A DNA stretch of 61,243 nucleotides, the filler included, from Jimgerdemannia flammicorona (Eukaryota), in NCBI GenBank assembly GCA_003990765.1. It is 3 parts of 3 records of this genome, joined end to end, with 100 filler letters (N's around TTAATTAATTAA, not from the genome) between each part and the next. Parts side by side here need not be neighbours in the genome. Positions count along the whole stretch, not along the records: positions 20,450 to 40,798 come from RBNJ01001703.1; 2 more parts are not named here. One strand, given 5' to 3'. The notes below the pieces were generated by a model. That model had not been told where the DNA came from. It did no database searches and was given only the letters and a program-made list of their open reading frames with translations. This document shows, piece after piece, positions 26,581 to 40,898 of the stretch. Numbering within the stretch: the first letter of the stretch is position 1; each line of letters begins with the position of its first letter. Made by a program: the position numbers and the translations under genes.

Positions 26581-29500
26581 TCAAGCAGCAAGTCTTAGTG
26601 AAAATTAAGCTCAAGCTATACTCATTTTTAAAGGCCTAGTCAAAGGAAAAGAAGTTTAAGTACTCATAGATAGTGGAGCTGCAGGGAACTTCATCAATTA
26701 GAATCTCATCAAAAGTCTCAAGATCTTTACCAAGCCTATACTTAAGAATAATAGTATAGTTACTATAGATGGTACTCTACACCCCATTGAGTCAATTGCT
26801 GCCAAACTACCCATCAAGATTCAGAAATATTGAGAATAAGTAGACTTTGAGATTGTACTACTAGAAGATCATGACCTGATCTTAGGAAAATCCTGGCTTA
26901 TGAAATACAACCTAGATATCAATTGGTATAAGAATAAAGTCACTCTACTTCAAGATAGAGCCAATATCACTATCAAGACAGACAAGACTATAAATAAGAC
27001 CCAGATTGCAACACTGTCAGCTATATAGTATAAGAAAGCACTCAAGAAGGCAATATATATCTTTATTATAATGGTCCATTTCAAGAAATAAGACAAAAGA
27101 CTATTAGTCAATGAAAGTGTTAAGTTATTGCTAGAAGATTCAAGAATGTCTTTCCAGACAAGCTATCTGGTCTACCATCTATATGAGAAGTTGATCATGA
27201 AATCAAACTGACCCCAGGAGTTGTATCATCTAAAAAATATATGTACCACATGTCACTACTTGAAATTGAAGCAGTCAAGAAGGAACTAGAAGAACTACTT
27301 ACATGAGGAGCCATCCAGCCAAGCAAATCTCCTTATGGCTCACTAGTCTTATTTATCAAGAAGAAGAATGATACTCTGTGAATATGCATAGACTATTATA
27401 TACTCAACAAACTCACTGTTAAGAATCACTATCTGCTACTCTTAATTGATCAAATCTTTGATACTCTCAAGAATGCCAAGTACTTCACCAAGTTAGATCT
27501 TATGTCAGGATACCACCAGATTCAAATCAAGTCAGAAGATATTTCCAAGACTACATTCATGACCTTCTTTGGACTCTACAAATTTCTAGTCTAAGCATTT
27601 GGTCTCACCAATACACCCACCACATTCCAGATCCTAATGAATAAGATATTTAAGGACTAACTATTTATTTTTCTGTTGGTATATCTTGATGACATCCTGA
27701 TCTTTAGTATAACTAAAGAAGAATACCTCAAATACATTCAAATAGTCCTGGAGATCCTGTGAAAATACAAGTTTTATACTAAGCTTAAGAAGTATAAATT
27801 CTTCAAAGAATAAGTCAAATACCTTGGTCATATTATCTCTACACAAGGAATTCAAGTAGACCTATACAAGATAGAAGCAATTGAAGAATGGTCTATTCTG
27901 TCAAACTTCACAGAACTCTGATCCTTCCTTGGTCTAGCTGGCTACTACTACTGCTTTGTCAGAAACTTCTCTGGTATTACTGAGCCACTGACTAACCTCA
28001 TAAGAAAGACTCTACACTCAGACCACTATGTACTCTACACCTAGGACCTCTTCTGTCAACAAGCCTTTCAAGAACTCAAGAACTGTCTGATCTATGCTCC
28101 AGTCCTATGTAATGCAGATCAAGGCCTAAAATTCACAGTCACCACTGATGTATCAAATTTTGCCATTGGAGTAGTCCTATCACAAGATGATGGTAAAGAA
28201 AATCATCCTATTGTTTTTGAGTCCTACAAGTTGGCTCCAGCTAAACAAAAGCTAGCCACTCATGAGAAGGAACTACTGACAATAATATATACACTAGACC
28301 ACTGGTGATGCTATCTAGAAGGTATAGAGTTTGATATCATCACTGATCATCAATCTCTCAAGTATATCAATACCCAATCTACTCTGTCATATCTATAAGC
28401 CAAGTAGAGCCTTAAGCTTCAAACCTTCAATCTAATGATCATCTACAAGCCTGGCAAGACACTTGTAATACCAGATATCTTATCAAGATATTCAGACCTT
28501 ACTACAATCATACAGATCACCTTGGCATCAGAATTTCTAGACCAAATCAGGCAAGCTTACAAAGAAAATATAGTTACTATTAGAGTTTTCTTGAATGAGC
28601 TCAAGGATATATACATATACTGTCAAGAACAATCTGATCTATTATCAATAACAAGTCTACCTACTTAAAAACATAAACCTATACTATAAGATTTTATAAG
28701 AACACCATAACTCCCCTCTTACTGGTTATCTGAAAATTGAGAAGACTGTCAAGAACATTCAATACTGCTACTATTGGCCAAGTATGATCAAGGAAATCAA
28801 GAACTATGTTACCAGCTGTAATCTATATCAGCACAATAAGTCTACCAACCAAGTATCAGCCAGTTTGCTGCAACCACTATCAATTCCTCCTAAGAAATTC
28901 AAGTAAGTTATCATGGACTTTGTAACTTAACAACCATAAACTCAATCTGGTACTGATACTATCATTATATTCATTGACTACCTGACCAAGACTATGATTA
29001 CTAAACTAACTACTATTAATGCTACTGCACTCAAGATTACAAGAATCTTCTTCAAGTTCATCTTCCATCACTATGGCCTACTATAAGTAATTGTCAGTAA
29101 TTGTGACTCCAAGTTCACCAGTCACTTCTGAAAAACTCTCTTCAAGACCCTGGAAACCCAATTGGCTATGTTTACTATCTTTTACCTACAAACTGATGGA
29201 CAAACTAAGTATATGAACAGAACTCTAGAACAAATACTTAGAAACTATATTTCTTATGAGTAAGATAATTGGAACCACTATCTAACTTATATGGAATTTG
29301 TGTATAATAATGTCATCCAATCATCTACTGATCTTTCTCCTTTTCAGTTACTTTATGGTCAAGATCCCAAGACCTCTGCAAGTCTATTCTCTTTTAAGAA
29401 AAACAGCTAAATATAAGTCCCAACTGCCAAGACCTTATAGATAAAATGGACAAACTACTCAAGATTGCTACCATGAATCTTCAGAAGGCTCAATAGCATC

Positions 29501-29811
29501 AAGCTAAGTATGCTGATAAGAAACACTGTGATGTCACTTATACTGTTAGAGATCAAGTCTTACTATCTATCAAGAATCTCAAAATATAATCTCAAGTCAA
29601 CCACTCTTTGAATAAGTTCCAACCTAAGTATATTAGACCTTTCAAGATCACTGAACAAGTCTCTACATCCTCCTACTGCCTCAAGCTATCTGAAATTATA
29701 AGAGTACATCCAGTCTTTTATGTATCACACCTCAAGACCTGGAACTAGTCACTACCCTACCCTGGTCGAATTCCTAAGTCATCTGTTTCTGTGATTATTG
29801 AAGATCATATT

Positions 29812-29960
29812 AATTACAAAGCTGAAAAAATCCTTGACAAATGAATCTGCTACTGCCATCCTGAATACCTAGTTAAGTAGATAGGTTACTCTATATATGA
29901 TGCTATCTGAAAACTACTGATTAATCTCAAGAACTCTCAAGATCTAATTCAAGACTTCAC
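29812..29960 (+). pseudogene. Integrase C-terminal chromodomain
   Basis: YKAEKILDK...EYLVK*IGY...DAI*...NL matches YEVEKIL...YLVKWKGY...TWE..NL. Confidence 0.85.
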
Positions 29961-31843
29961 GGCAAAATACATTGTCTAATCCCTGTAGTGACTTCTTTGG
30001 ATTTTTAACAACCTATAGCAATAATCAGTATCTTATGTATCAGAAGTTTACTTTGGGACCCTGGAACTAGCAGAACATTTAATGAACAAGAAGTTCACCA
30101 AAATGAAGCTACTAGCCGGATTCAAACTCCTCCCAGTTGGTTAGTCTAATAATAGGCTCTCTGTCCTATATAAGGATGGCTAATCTCTACTAATATACTA
30201 ATATAAGTTTGAGAAATTTTGGTTAAGTATATCTAGTCTTATATTACCTAAGAACTCAATGAGGATATTAGTTCTTAAGGAGGGAGGGATGTAACAATTT
30301 CACAGTTATATTTAGTCTTAGTATATTTTTGTGTCTTTTAGTTAGTCTTTTCTTATTATTTCTTGAACATTCTACTATAATCCACTACCTTTTACTTACT
30401 TAGAAATCTTTTCTCAATGCCTAGACACTACTAGAATATTCTTATCTTTCCTTGGTACCAAATATCTTATCTTAGCTAGTTATAGACCCTTTTGGAACAT
30501 TGTAGAATAGTATTAGTCAGCTTTGCCAAGAACCTATTTCTTGGCATTTCTCTTTCTTTTCAAGATCCTTCTGGATATTTCTTTCAGATCATATATAAAT
30601 ATCCTTGTTCTCTATCTAAATAAAGCTTAGAATATTTTCTTCCAGAAATCCTTCAAGAATACTTAAATCTTTAAGTATCTCTTTGAGCTACTTTAGACCA
30701 ACTAGAACTTCTATATTTAGCTGCTTTCTCTTAAAGAAACTAGAATCATTACATCTCTCTATACTATAAATTAGAGAATTGATAACTATCTCCAGACTCT
30801 TGTCCTTAGTTTCTTTCAAGCTCTACTAGTTCCCCTGTCACAGTTCTGAGTACCCAATGGAATATATCTTTAAAGAATCTGAGTTCATCAAGAAAATCTC
30901 ACTCTGGCTAAGAGATTGCTCCAGATCTACTAGCTGTAAGTCTACTATATAATTGGAGAACAGTTGCAGAATCTTCCTCTTCTAGACCTGGCCTATATCC
31001 ACAACACCACTGGTCTGAATAGAAGAAATATCACTGCTGCAGAAAGACTATACACAATCTACAAACAGAATTCTTCAGCTCTGATCCAGGCTTAGTTCTC
31101 TCTAAATGATCTTTAAAAAATAACTCTACCCACCTACCTCAGTATTATCTACTAAGTTTGAGACCCTATTTTCTGAAAAAGAAGAGGAGTTCCTAGAATA
31201 GAGTGATTATAGTACAGATAATGAAGATGATGTAACAGATATAGATGTAGAAGCTACTTATATTTATTGAGATAATAACTGAAGAACAGTCTGAGAGACT
31301 ATTCTTTAGTGGGGGCTGATATGATGAGCAAATAGTATAATATAGCCAGATGATATGAACTCTCAGTATAGCATAGTTACTTATATCCATCATACTTATA
31401 ATTAGCTAGAATATCAAATCAGGGCTATTTATCTATATCTTGAGAATACACTTATATCCTGCAGACATACTCATATTCTACAGATATACTTATATCCTAT
31501 AAATATACCCAAATATTACCAGAGATGGTAAATCTATAATTATCTAGATAGCAACCAGATAGCAACCAACTTGTATAAAATATTCCAGAGATAAGAGTGA
31601 ATAAACCTCAGTCTGAAATTGAATCTAAAGCAACAGCATTCTCTTTCTACTCTAGTTCACTTTCCAATACAAAGATTGAATAATATGCTTGCCAGATAAG
31701 CCTAAAGAACTTGAGTATTTTGCTATCAAAGTTTGAGTAAAGAACTTTGCCACCTTTTGAAGAATCTGCTGCTTAAGGAAAAGCTGCTATTTTTAAGTTA
31801 CATATCTGCTATTCTCAAAGAGCCTACTATAAGGAATCTTGCT

Positions 31844-31981
31844 ACAAAGTCAGTCTATTGATATAACTTTATAGTAGAGCCAGTTTAATGATATAACTCT
31901 ATATAAACAAAGTCAGTCTATTGATATAACTTTATAGTAGAGCCAGTTTAATGATATAACTCTATATAAACAAAGTCAGTC
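31844..31981. repeat. Perfect 63-bp tandem duplication
   Basis: ACAAAGTCAGTCTATTGATATAACTTT...CTCTATATAA starts at both 31844 and 31907. Confidence 0.92.
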
Positions 31982-32194
31982 TTGATACAACTTTGCTCAA
32001 GAAACCCACCATTTCCAGAGAGCTGCTGATTCAGGAAGAATTTATGATATCTAAGCTATCTGAGTTATCTGAATTATTTATATTATCTAAGTTATTTACT
32101 TATTCTCAGTAAGTCTGATTCAGAAGAATCCACACTATTCTCTATTTCTAGTAAGCCACTGATTTAGAAGAATCTGTACCAAAACTGAGTTATC

Positions 32195-33291
32195 TTTTTT
32201 TTTTTTTTTTTTTAACGGACTCATGTCCTGCGGATTTTTATTGGAAGGGAACCTAGACTATATAGGCCAAAACCCTCCCCCACCACTCACCAAGCACTGC
32301 CCCCCCATTAACCTAGGCTAGCTATTGTCCAGCAGCTCAACCATGCCAGGCGCAGCAGGACTGATAAGCCTGTACCTCATTCTGTGCACCATGCTCTCCC
32401 TACCACCAGGGGAAACCCAACCATATGCCAACGACCGAAAGCACATGCCTGAGAACCCAACGTATGTACAAGGCCATGCCCGAGCTGAATAGAATAGCCC
32501 CTGCCACCTCAAAGAGAATGATAGGTAAATAAAAACTCTCATCAAAGTACAACACGGTAGGTAGGGCCTGGTTCTCCCAGATGAGGTGAGTAAAGAACTT
32601 ACACATGAGGCAGAAGGAAACCCCCAATACCCCACTACTCAAGCCTGCAGGCCTCAATCACATTGCCATGTTAGCTCCCGGTTCCAGTTGAGTGTAGCCA
32701 AGATGCCTGAAATGGGTAGCCTCGGGCCTCCTGACCCCCCCTGATGACTGGGGCCCAACCCCGCTGACCACCAAAAAAAGCCGATAGTGACACCTACCAC
32801 CTAACCATGCCACACCAATCAAAAGGCCCCACCAAAGCAGCACCTGCCCCAGCCCTGATGACCACCCCCAGTCTGGCACCCTACTGGTTCACTGTAATCA
32901 CCCTTCTGCCTATCTGTGATGGCCATCTCCCCTCTCATCCTGACAATACCCAAAAAGCAGTCACATATACCAGAACTGTGCTCGCCGGGAAGCTTGCCAA
33001 AGCCAGAGGGCCCCACCACAGGTACCGAGGACCTGCAGGTAACCTACACTGAGCACTTGATGCCCAAGGTCAGCCAACTCCCTACGTAGCCTGAGACATA
33101 CCGAGACAACTCCTTATTGGTGACGGCAAAAGGAAGAAGGCGCTGCACCAAAATGGGTACACCCCAGATGCAGCTGAAGGCACTAGAATCTGTGAAAAAG
33201 TGGAGGAAGCACCGATCCAACACCAATAAAGGGGCAACTTATCACCATTGCCCTCCTCCCACCATACCCCTACAGGCACAGCAAACCAACC
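32195..33291 (-). mobile_element. Retroposon copy 2 (least mutated), slightly 5'-truncated
   Basis: Poly(T) tail and TSD (ACC)AAAACTGAGTTATC(T) at 32178-32195 and 33289-33306. Confidence 0.9.
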
Positions 33292-33749
33292 AAAACTGAG
33301 TTATCTATCAGACTGAGTTATCCACTAAATTGAGTTATCTGCCAAATTAAGTTATCTGCTAGAAATTATATACTTTTGGAGATCATCACACTATACAAGA
33401 TTGTTATACAGAAATCACATAAGAGAAACTATTAAATTGCCAGATCATCTCACATAAGGAACCCATTCCACTATTTAGAGATCATTGTACTACATAAGAG
33501 ATTGTCATGCAGAAATTGCATACTTTTGAAGAATACCTATACTATACAAATTATTACTATATCTAGAGAACTATCCCAATAAGGAAATCACTCACAGATA
33601 TTTAGCTTTAACTATTATACCACTAAACACCAAGGACCTCAGGAATCTTAAAACATTTTATTGCTTTTTAACAAAGTAACTGAGGGGGCTCAAGCCAAAC
33701 TATATTAACTCTCAATTTTATAATTTCTATTGAGCTAGGCATATTATAC

Positions 33750-34290
33750 TAGATTAGATATTTAAACTGTATTTAACTAGAACTGAGAGCTAATATAATA
33801 ATATGTATTATTGAGATCTATAGACTTAAGTAGTAGAGTATTGGAGGTCTCCTTCTATCTTATATATAAGTTCTTTACTCACTCCATCAGAGAGAGCTAG
33901 ATTCTACTTATTATTCTATATCTTTTAGAGAGTTTTTCTTTATCTGTTACTCTATTTAGAGTAGTAAGAGCTTTGCTATCTGACTTTGATATAACCTTGT
34001 ATATATATTGAGGTTTTGGATATATACTTTTAATTATTAGTATATAGTTGTTTTCTCTCTAATAGTAGAGAGAATATAGTATATAGAATGAGATACAGAC
34101 TTTTTAGTCCTATTATATCTGATATAGTAGAGTTGTTGAATAATAATAAGTCTAGATTAATGGGAATATAATATTTAAAAAGGAGTAGGGAAGGGTTTTG
34201 GCCTATATAGTCTAGGTTTTCTTTTAATAAAAATTAGTAAAATATAGAGTTTGTTTTTAAAAAAAATAAAATAAAATAAAATAAAATATT
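33750..34290 (+). mobile_element. Retroposon copy 3 (3' half, heavily mutated)
   Basis: Reverse complement of ~32215-32700, ending in an A/(TAAAA)n tail. Confidence 0.75.
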
Positions 34291-34399
34291 ATTTAGAAAC
34301 TTGATACACATATAATATATCAAGAGACCTCTCAATTATTCTTTTACTTAGTTGTATTTACTAAGATTGAGAAAGTATAGTTTTTTATAGTAAAATAGA

Positions 34400-37300
34400 G
34401 ATATTGTCCTTCTTTAGTAACTATAGTTACAAGAAACTTATTCTTACTATATATAGACTAAATCTTTTATAATTTAGGTTTAAAGGAATTTTCTTTTAGA
34501 TTTATATACTAGTTCACAGTTCTGGCAGAAGTTAGCTAGGTTTCTAGAGTTTAGTCAGAAACACTCTTATCTACTATATTTATCTCTCTTTTTATCTATA
34601 GTTATCTAGATAGTCCTGAGGAGACTGGAATTCTAAATTCTAGTTTTTTATTTCATACTATATTAAAGTTCTTTTCCAAAATGTCCCACACAACTTTCTC
34701 TCAATTCTCTTATATTATCTATCTCTTTAGCTATATTTTTACTCTCTACTTACTACCAGAGGATATACAGAGCTCATCAGCAGCCCATCTCTCATATCTC
34801 TTTTCAATCTACCCCAGATTAGCTACTTTTTAAAGATCCTGATATCTACCAATTTATCCTTTCCTACTCCAACCAGAATACCAACTTACCTATTCTATCT
34901 AGTACTTCTAAGCTATTTCTTATTCTATTCTATAAAGTCTTTCTCATTATTAGCTCTAATATCTTACAAGAGACCCACTCTTCTCTTCTTAACACTATTA
35001 TATTAAGAGATAGTATTTATAATCCTTTTATATCAAATAGTAAATAGCTCAAATTGTCTCAATACTTTCTATAATTTTCTCAGTCTTAGTAATAATAATG
35101 TTTTTCTACTTCTTACAAATAGTCTTTTAGATATATTTTCTCTTCTCACTATTATAGAATTTAGTCATCTACATAGCTATCTCTCTTTTTATATCTGCTA
35201 TCTATGACTAATCTATCTTATAGTCTTTTATCTTTTACTTCTAAAATATAATATTTAAAAAATTATTCCACTTTTCTTATAATCTATAAACTACATCTAC
35301 CTCTCTAATATTCTTCTCTATTAGCTTCTCTAATATTAGTTTAAACTATACTATCTCTATATATTTCTTAGAAACTAGTATTAGTAGTCTAGGGGTCTTG
35401 CTTAATTTCTGAAGTACTACTCTATTCTCAGATATATCTCTATTAGATTAGATTTATTATTAGCCTTTACTAATCTCACTATCTTATCTATCTTAGAGTA
35501 GACTTAATATATCTTTACTATATTTATTATATATTTAAATATCTTTTACTAGAATTACTAATACTATCTTCTATTTTTTCTCAAAATCTCTTCTTACTAT
35601 TAACTTACTTTCTGATCACTGGTATATACTACAAGTCTCCAATACCCTCTAGCTATGAAAATGACACCTTGGTCTCCTCTACTATCTTTATTCTATTGCT
35701 CTCTATCTGGGCCCTCTTCTCAGTCTCAGCTACTATATATATATTCTATTACTTTTTTCAGTCTCTTCCAACCAGCTCTTTTTACTCTCTTTCTCTTTTT
35801 CTTCTTTTGAATCTAAACTCAGTTCTTAGCTATCTTTTTTCATTTCTTTTAATATATTATCTTTACAGTCTCTCTCTTCTCTAGAGTCATTATTAGTTTA
35901 TTTTTTTCTACTTAGAATTCTTTTTTCTCTATACTTTATAATTCTGCTCAGTAATATAGATAATATTTAACTATTTTCTCTTTAATTATATTATCTTCTA
36001 GCTCTTTAGATATACTATTGCCTCATAATTATAATTTCTCAACTTAGTATTCTCTTAGAATATAAAGTCAAAATCCACTATCTCTCTATATTTCTCTAAT
36101 ATATATATTAGATAGAGCACACCAAATTGGCCTACACTGGCAGGGCAATGAGGGGGAGGTGCCTTGGGGTCCAAATATGTAGCAATGAGACAGATTGCTT
36201 CTGGGGGGCACTCTGTTTACTGAGTTTGACATTGGGGATAGAGTGGAGTATCAGCAGGGTCTTGGCCAGGATTTTTGGCCAAATAGATGATAGGTAGTGA
36301 GGATTGGTGAGGAGTGGGACTGGGCAGGTGTCTGGTCATAGAGTGCTGAGATGCGGAAGTGGTTTCCTCTCAAGTTCTGGGTGGTATGGTGGTAGATGCT
36401 ATGGAGGAATATCATGTTGAACTTCTATGCAAGGCATCTGGTAGAAGGTGGTCAATTAGATTGTGAGGAGTATTATAATATGGAGTAAGCTGGGGGATTT
36501 GTACAGATACCAGAACATTGGCTGGAAGAGTGTGAGATGCTGGGGGACTTTTGAATAGAAGTAGAATATTGGCTGAGTATGGAGCAGCAGCCAGATAGTA
36601 AGCAAGGCTGCTGGGAGGATTTGAAATCTCAGCTAGTGGGGAGTGTGGGTAATAGTTGGCTCACTGTAGAGTAGGTTTTGGTGGTGTGGGTAGGATTAGC
36701 TAGACATTGGCTCTTTGTCTTTGAGGAGGAGTGACAGTTGGGTTTACAGAAGAAGTTGTTAAGGTGGGAGAGATTGATGGAGGATCTGCTGACTGGGTGG
36801 TAGATAGGATGGAGTCCCCAGGGTGGGTGACATTGTGGTCTGGTGGAAGGGATCTGTGAACAGAGTGGTGGGCAGGTGGTAATAGTGTTAGACAAAGTGG
36901 TCTTTCATCAAGTGGAGATAGGAGAGAGAAGTCCCTCTAGAGAGATTAGATAAGGGGTGGACTCAATGTATTTATATAGGATAGATTGGTATATTCATAA
37001 AGGAAGGAGTCCAAGAGACTATAAATATATATATATATACATATATATATATATTTCTCTAATATCTCAGCAATTATCTCTTTGGTTTTCTATCTCTCTA
37101 AAGTAGATATTCTCTCTACTATTAGCTATATTGTCTTTAAATATTACTATAGATATCTTGCTATTTCAATCTTAACTCTCTTGACTATTAGTTTCTTTAA
37201 GACTGATATTATCTTATTTTTCTCAACAATACTTATATCTACTGTCTTCACTAAAGAGATAAATTTTAAGAACTCTGTACTATCAACTACCTTACTAATA

Positions 37301-37850
37301 ATCTTCAGTACCTCTTTAGTAGATAGTTCTAGACTTAAAAAATTTACTAAAATAGTTTATAAAGATACTAACTTATAAAAGAAAGACTATACTACTAGCT
37401 CTTTAGATCTTACTATTAGAAGTATTCTCTCTCTTTCTTTAGAGATCTCTCTAGTCACACTTTTAGTCACTCTACTTTCAATTCTGGTCCTACTCTCAGT
37501 TACTTACTCAGCCCTGAAATTCTCAGTTACTCTTGATCTCTATTAGTTATCTGACTTATTATCTGACTCTTCCCTCTATTAATACTATATATCCTCCTCT
37601 TTACTATTATAGATCTGGTAGTCTCACTCTTTTCTTTAACTATAGTATACTATCAATTTACTCTCTTCAGTCTCTCCTATATTTCTCTATTTTCTCTAAC
37701 TCTTTCAGAGCTCACTACTATTATAAAATTTCTAGACAACTCTAGCCCAGATCTTCTTCTCTTTAATCTCTTTAAACTAATTGATTTTTAGCTTACTATA
37801 CTCTCAAAACTCAATAGATTTTAATAAAATTAATTTCAACTAGAGGATAA
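34400..37850 (-). mobile_element. Heavily mutated L1-type LINE (ORF1-EN-RT start), split by an insertion
   Basis: Pyrimidine-rich plus strand colinear with ~2000-5700. The TSD of the nested insertion confirms the two halves are continuous. Confidence 0.6.
36103..37050 (+). mobile_element. 5'-truncated copy of the L1-type LINE 3' end
   Basis: Homologous to the reverse complement of 1-810. (TA)n tail and 15-bp TSD ATATTTCTCTAATAT (36088-36102, 37051-37065). Confidence 0.9.
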
Positions 37851-37869
37851 ACTTATTCTCAATAGAGTA

Positions 37870-38860
37870 TATATATATTTATATTTTATATATAGTTACT
37901 TAGACTCCCTTATTTATTATCAATTTAATCTATATCTATATAATATAATAACAAGGTCTAACCTCCTACTCACCTACCTATAGAACTTACTCTCAACTTC
38001 TTCTTTATAGAATTCAACTATACTCTCAATTGTCCAAATCTTCCTCCCACTCTTTATATAGATTCACTCTACTAGTTCTCAGCACAGACTCCTCCTGAAG
38101 TCTTATCTCACTCACTACCTATTCAACAATTTTACTAATAACTACTCTCATCTTATTACTCATGCACTTAGTAGTAGTCTCTGACTATTCTTAAAGATAA
38201 ATAGTCAATATTCAGAAAGACCAACTTATACTATAAGAGTCTACTCTACAGAAAGCCACTTATTACTAACTCTCTCTATCAGTTATAACTAGAGGGCTCT
38301 CCACCACTCTCCATCTATTTTACCTAATAACTATATCTCTAGCTAGCTCTCAATAGCCAATTAGAAGTCTGACAGTATCTTGTACTTCTTTAGCCAATAT
38401 TTTGAAGTCTGTATCACTCTACTCTTCTGTTCAACATTGAAATATTTCTTATATTCAAATAATTCTTCTTCCACCAAATATTCTGACTTAAAGTTTAGTA
38501 TCATATTCTGATATAGAAGTTACTACTATACTACTCAGTACTTAGGCAGAAGCTATCTTAATACTTTCTCTCTCTATAACTAGATACTAATTTAGTTCTA
38601 AGTCTTGTTAATTTCACCCTTTGCTAACTTTCAGACCACAGATCTCTACTCTGCTCTCACTGATACTCTATACTATCTTTTAGCTAAAAGTAATTACCAG
38701 AGAACCCCTCAATAGAAGATAATTCCACCTTTATATTTCTGGTCCTCAGACTATCTCTTTCTTATTATTACATCTAGCAGATTTCAATCTAATGGGCTCT
38801 ATCTACTACTTCTACTAGAAGCTCTTATATTATATTAAATAACTACTATCTAATACTCAA
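37870..38860 (-). mobile_element. Degraded L1-type 3' fragment
   Basis: Begins TATAGTTACTTAGACTCCC, as at 57527; colinear with 57530-58560. Confidence 0.65.
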
Positions 38861-39908
38861 TAGAGTATATCTGAGAAGATAAAGTAAAAACTATTAAATA
38901 TATTACTTTTTATAAAATAATATATTTATAGCTTAGCTATCTCTAAATAGTTTAAGCAAAAGAAGTCTTCTCTCAATTTATATAAATAGTATTCTCTCAG
39001 ATCTTAATTCTCTCAGATAGTTTAGATAATTCTAATATATAAATCTCAGAATACTTTCTCTATATAACTACTTCTAATATAGTAATATTCAGAATAGTAA
39101 ATAAATCTATTAAATAACTTTAATATTATTCTTAAGTAAACTTAAATATCTTTAAGTTTTATACTTAAATCTCAAAATAAATTTTCTAATTGAGTATTAT
39201 CTATAGTAATATACTAATTTAATTAAGCTGATCTTAATATCTAAAATCTTCTAAAATATAAAACTTCAGAACTTTAAAAAGTTTATAAAGAAAAACTTAG
39301 ATTGAAATATCAACCTTCTTTTAAAATCAATTATATAAAAAAATACTATATATATATAAATTAATTTAGACTAATAATAAAACAGACTCCAAAATATCTA
39401 ACAATTTAAAAAACTTTTTTAGAAATATAGTATATTTTAAAACTAAACTAATGTTTTATTAAATTTTATATTTTAATTATTTAAATAAAAATACTCTATA
39501 TAAATATTTTTTATATTATAACATATTATAGTTTTATATAAGAGATATTTAAAAATATTAAATTTATTATTTTTAATTTTTTATTTTATCTTTAAAAAAA
39601 ATTCTAAAAAAAAATTTATTGGTTTAATTTTAGAATAAAATTATTTGTAAATATTCTTTATTTAATAGACAGACAATAAATTAAGATATATTGTGATATC
39701 TACAATTGACCCTGTCCAAATTCGGAGTACCCTGTAATCACAAGATCAGATGACATAATGGCGTAACAATCAAATAGACAGCCCAACCCATTAGGTGATC
39801 ATCCCAAAAGAAGACAAGAAGATCCGAGCCAAAATGAAGACCACGTTATTTAAGGAACCCTACTTCGCCTCAGAGATCGGCACCAAAGAACCAAGTACCC
39901 ACCACACA

Positions 39909-40798
39909 ATGCCTCCCATTCGCCGAACCAACCAGACCTCCCGCCGCTCTATTTCTTTGCCTGGCCCAAAGACCCTGATCTTTGAAGCTATCAAGAAGGC
40001 CATCTGGCGCCCAGATACTTCCGAATACTTGAACTTCTACACTGAGGACCTTGGACACTTCATCAACTACCGGTATATAATGACCCAACAGCTCAAAGAC
40101 ACTACTGAATGAATGACCCTCTGGCATGACTATGAAATTGGACACCGCCTTCACAATGAGACTCAAGAAGGTGACCAGGAAGACCTCATTGCCGAAATGT
40201 TAACTACCAGTCAGCTAATCAAGAGAGCTCTCCATGTCCATCAAATCTTCCGCCATATTCCCTGGGCTATAGCACACTTGCAAGGAGTAACAGCTGGCAG
40301 CCTCTCCCACCTTTCAACTGAAGATGCTGACTGGATAGAATTTGAAATAGCCAATGCTATTGGCAGCAACTGCATTGCTGTAGGAAGCCAACAAACTGAA
40401 CCTACTCAGCCAGGTTTTCACACTACCCCACTCTGAGACAACCATCAAGGCCACCTAATGAGTCTCATGGAGATATTTGAAGGACCGCCCATCACTATAG
40501 AGACACCTGTTGGAGCTACCCCAACCACCCACCACCCTGTCAGCCACAATTCACACCTCATCATTTGGGAACCGAATCAAGAAGAAGCCCAAGAAGTTCC
40601 TGTCTTTAAAGAGGAAACCCAAGAACTCCAAGACCCTGCCCCTGAAGAAACTCCCTCTGACACTGAAACTAATGAGTCTTCAGAAGAAGAAGAGGAGCAA
40701 CAGAGAGTCTATCAGTCCTCTGTCCGCATTCAAGCTGTTCAAGGGTTGGAGAATGTTGTTGAAGATGACTGGCCACTTTTCTACCCCCTCACCTCTTG
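39909..40798 (+). pseudogene. Unknown ORF of ~296+ codons with two TGA interruptions, cut by the gap
   Basis: Track ORFs 39795-40112, 40113-40436 and 40458-40850 are all in one frame. TATTTAAG lies ~60 bp upstream of ATG 39909. Confidence 0.6.
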
Positions 40799-40898
40799 NN
40801 NNNNNNNNNNNNNNNNNNNNNNNNNNNNNNNNNNNNNNNNNNTTAATTAATTAANNNNNNNNNNNNNNNNNNNNNNNNNNNNNNNNNNNNNNNNNNNN
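40799..40898. other. Artificial scaffold gap with TTAATTAATTAA spacer
   Basis: 100-bp N block with linker. Confidence 0.97.

Larger units (their letters stand above)
24758..30753 (+). mobile_element. Ty3/Gypsy chromovirus with dUTPase, decayed
   Basis: 5' LTR (left part missing) ends at 25102, followed by a decayed PBS. PPT AAGGAGGGAGGGA precedes the 3' LTR 30290-30753 (TG...CA). Order: gag (KPDTF, MDLD, zinc knuckle), dUTPase, PR (LIDSGAAGNFI), RT (YLDD), RH, INT, chromodomain. Confidence 0.93.
30760..33750 (+). mobile_element. 3' end and LTR-like segment of another LTR element, with nested insertions
   Basis: PPT-like AGTGGGGGCTGA followed by T(A)TGATGAGC at 31320. AACTTGTATAAAATA...GTGAATAAACCTCAG at ~31570-31610 is shared with the solo LTR at 7273. 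Boundaries uncertain. Confidence 0.45.
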
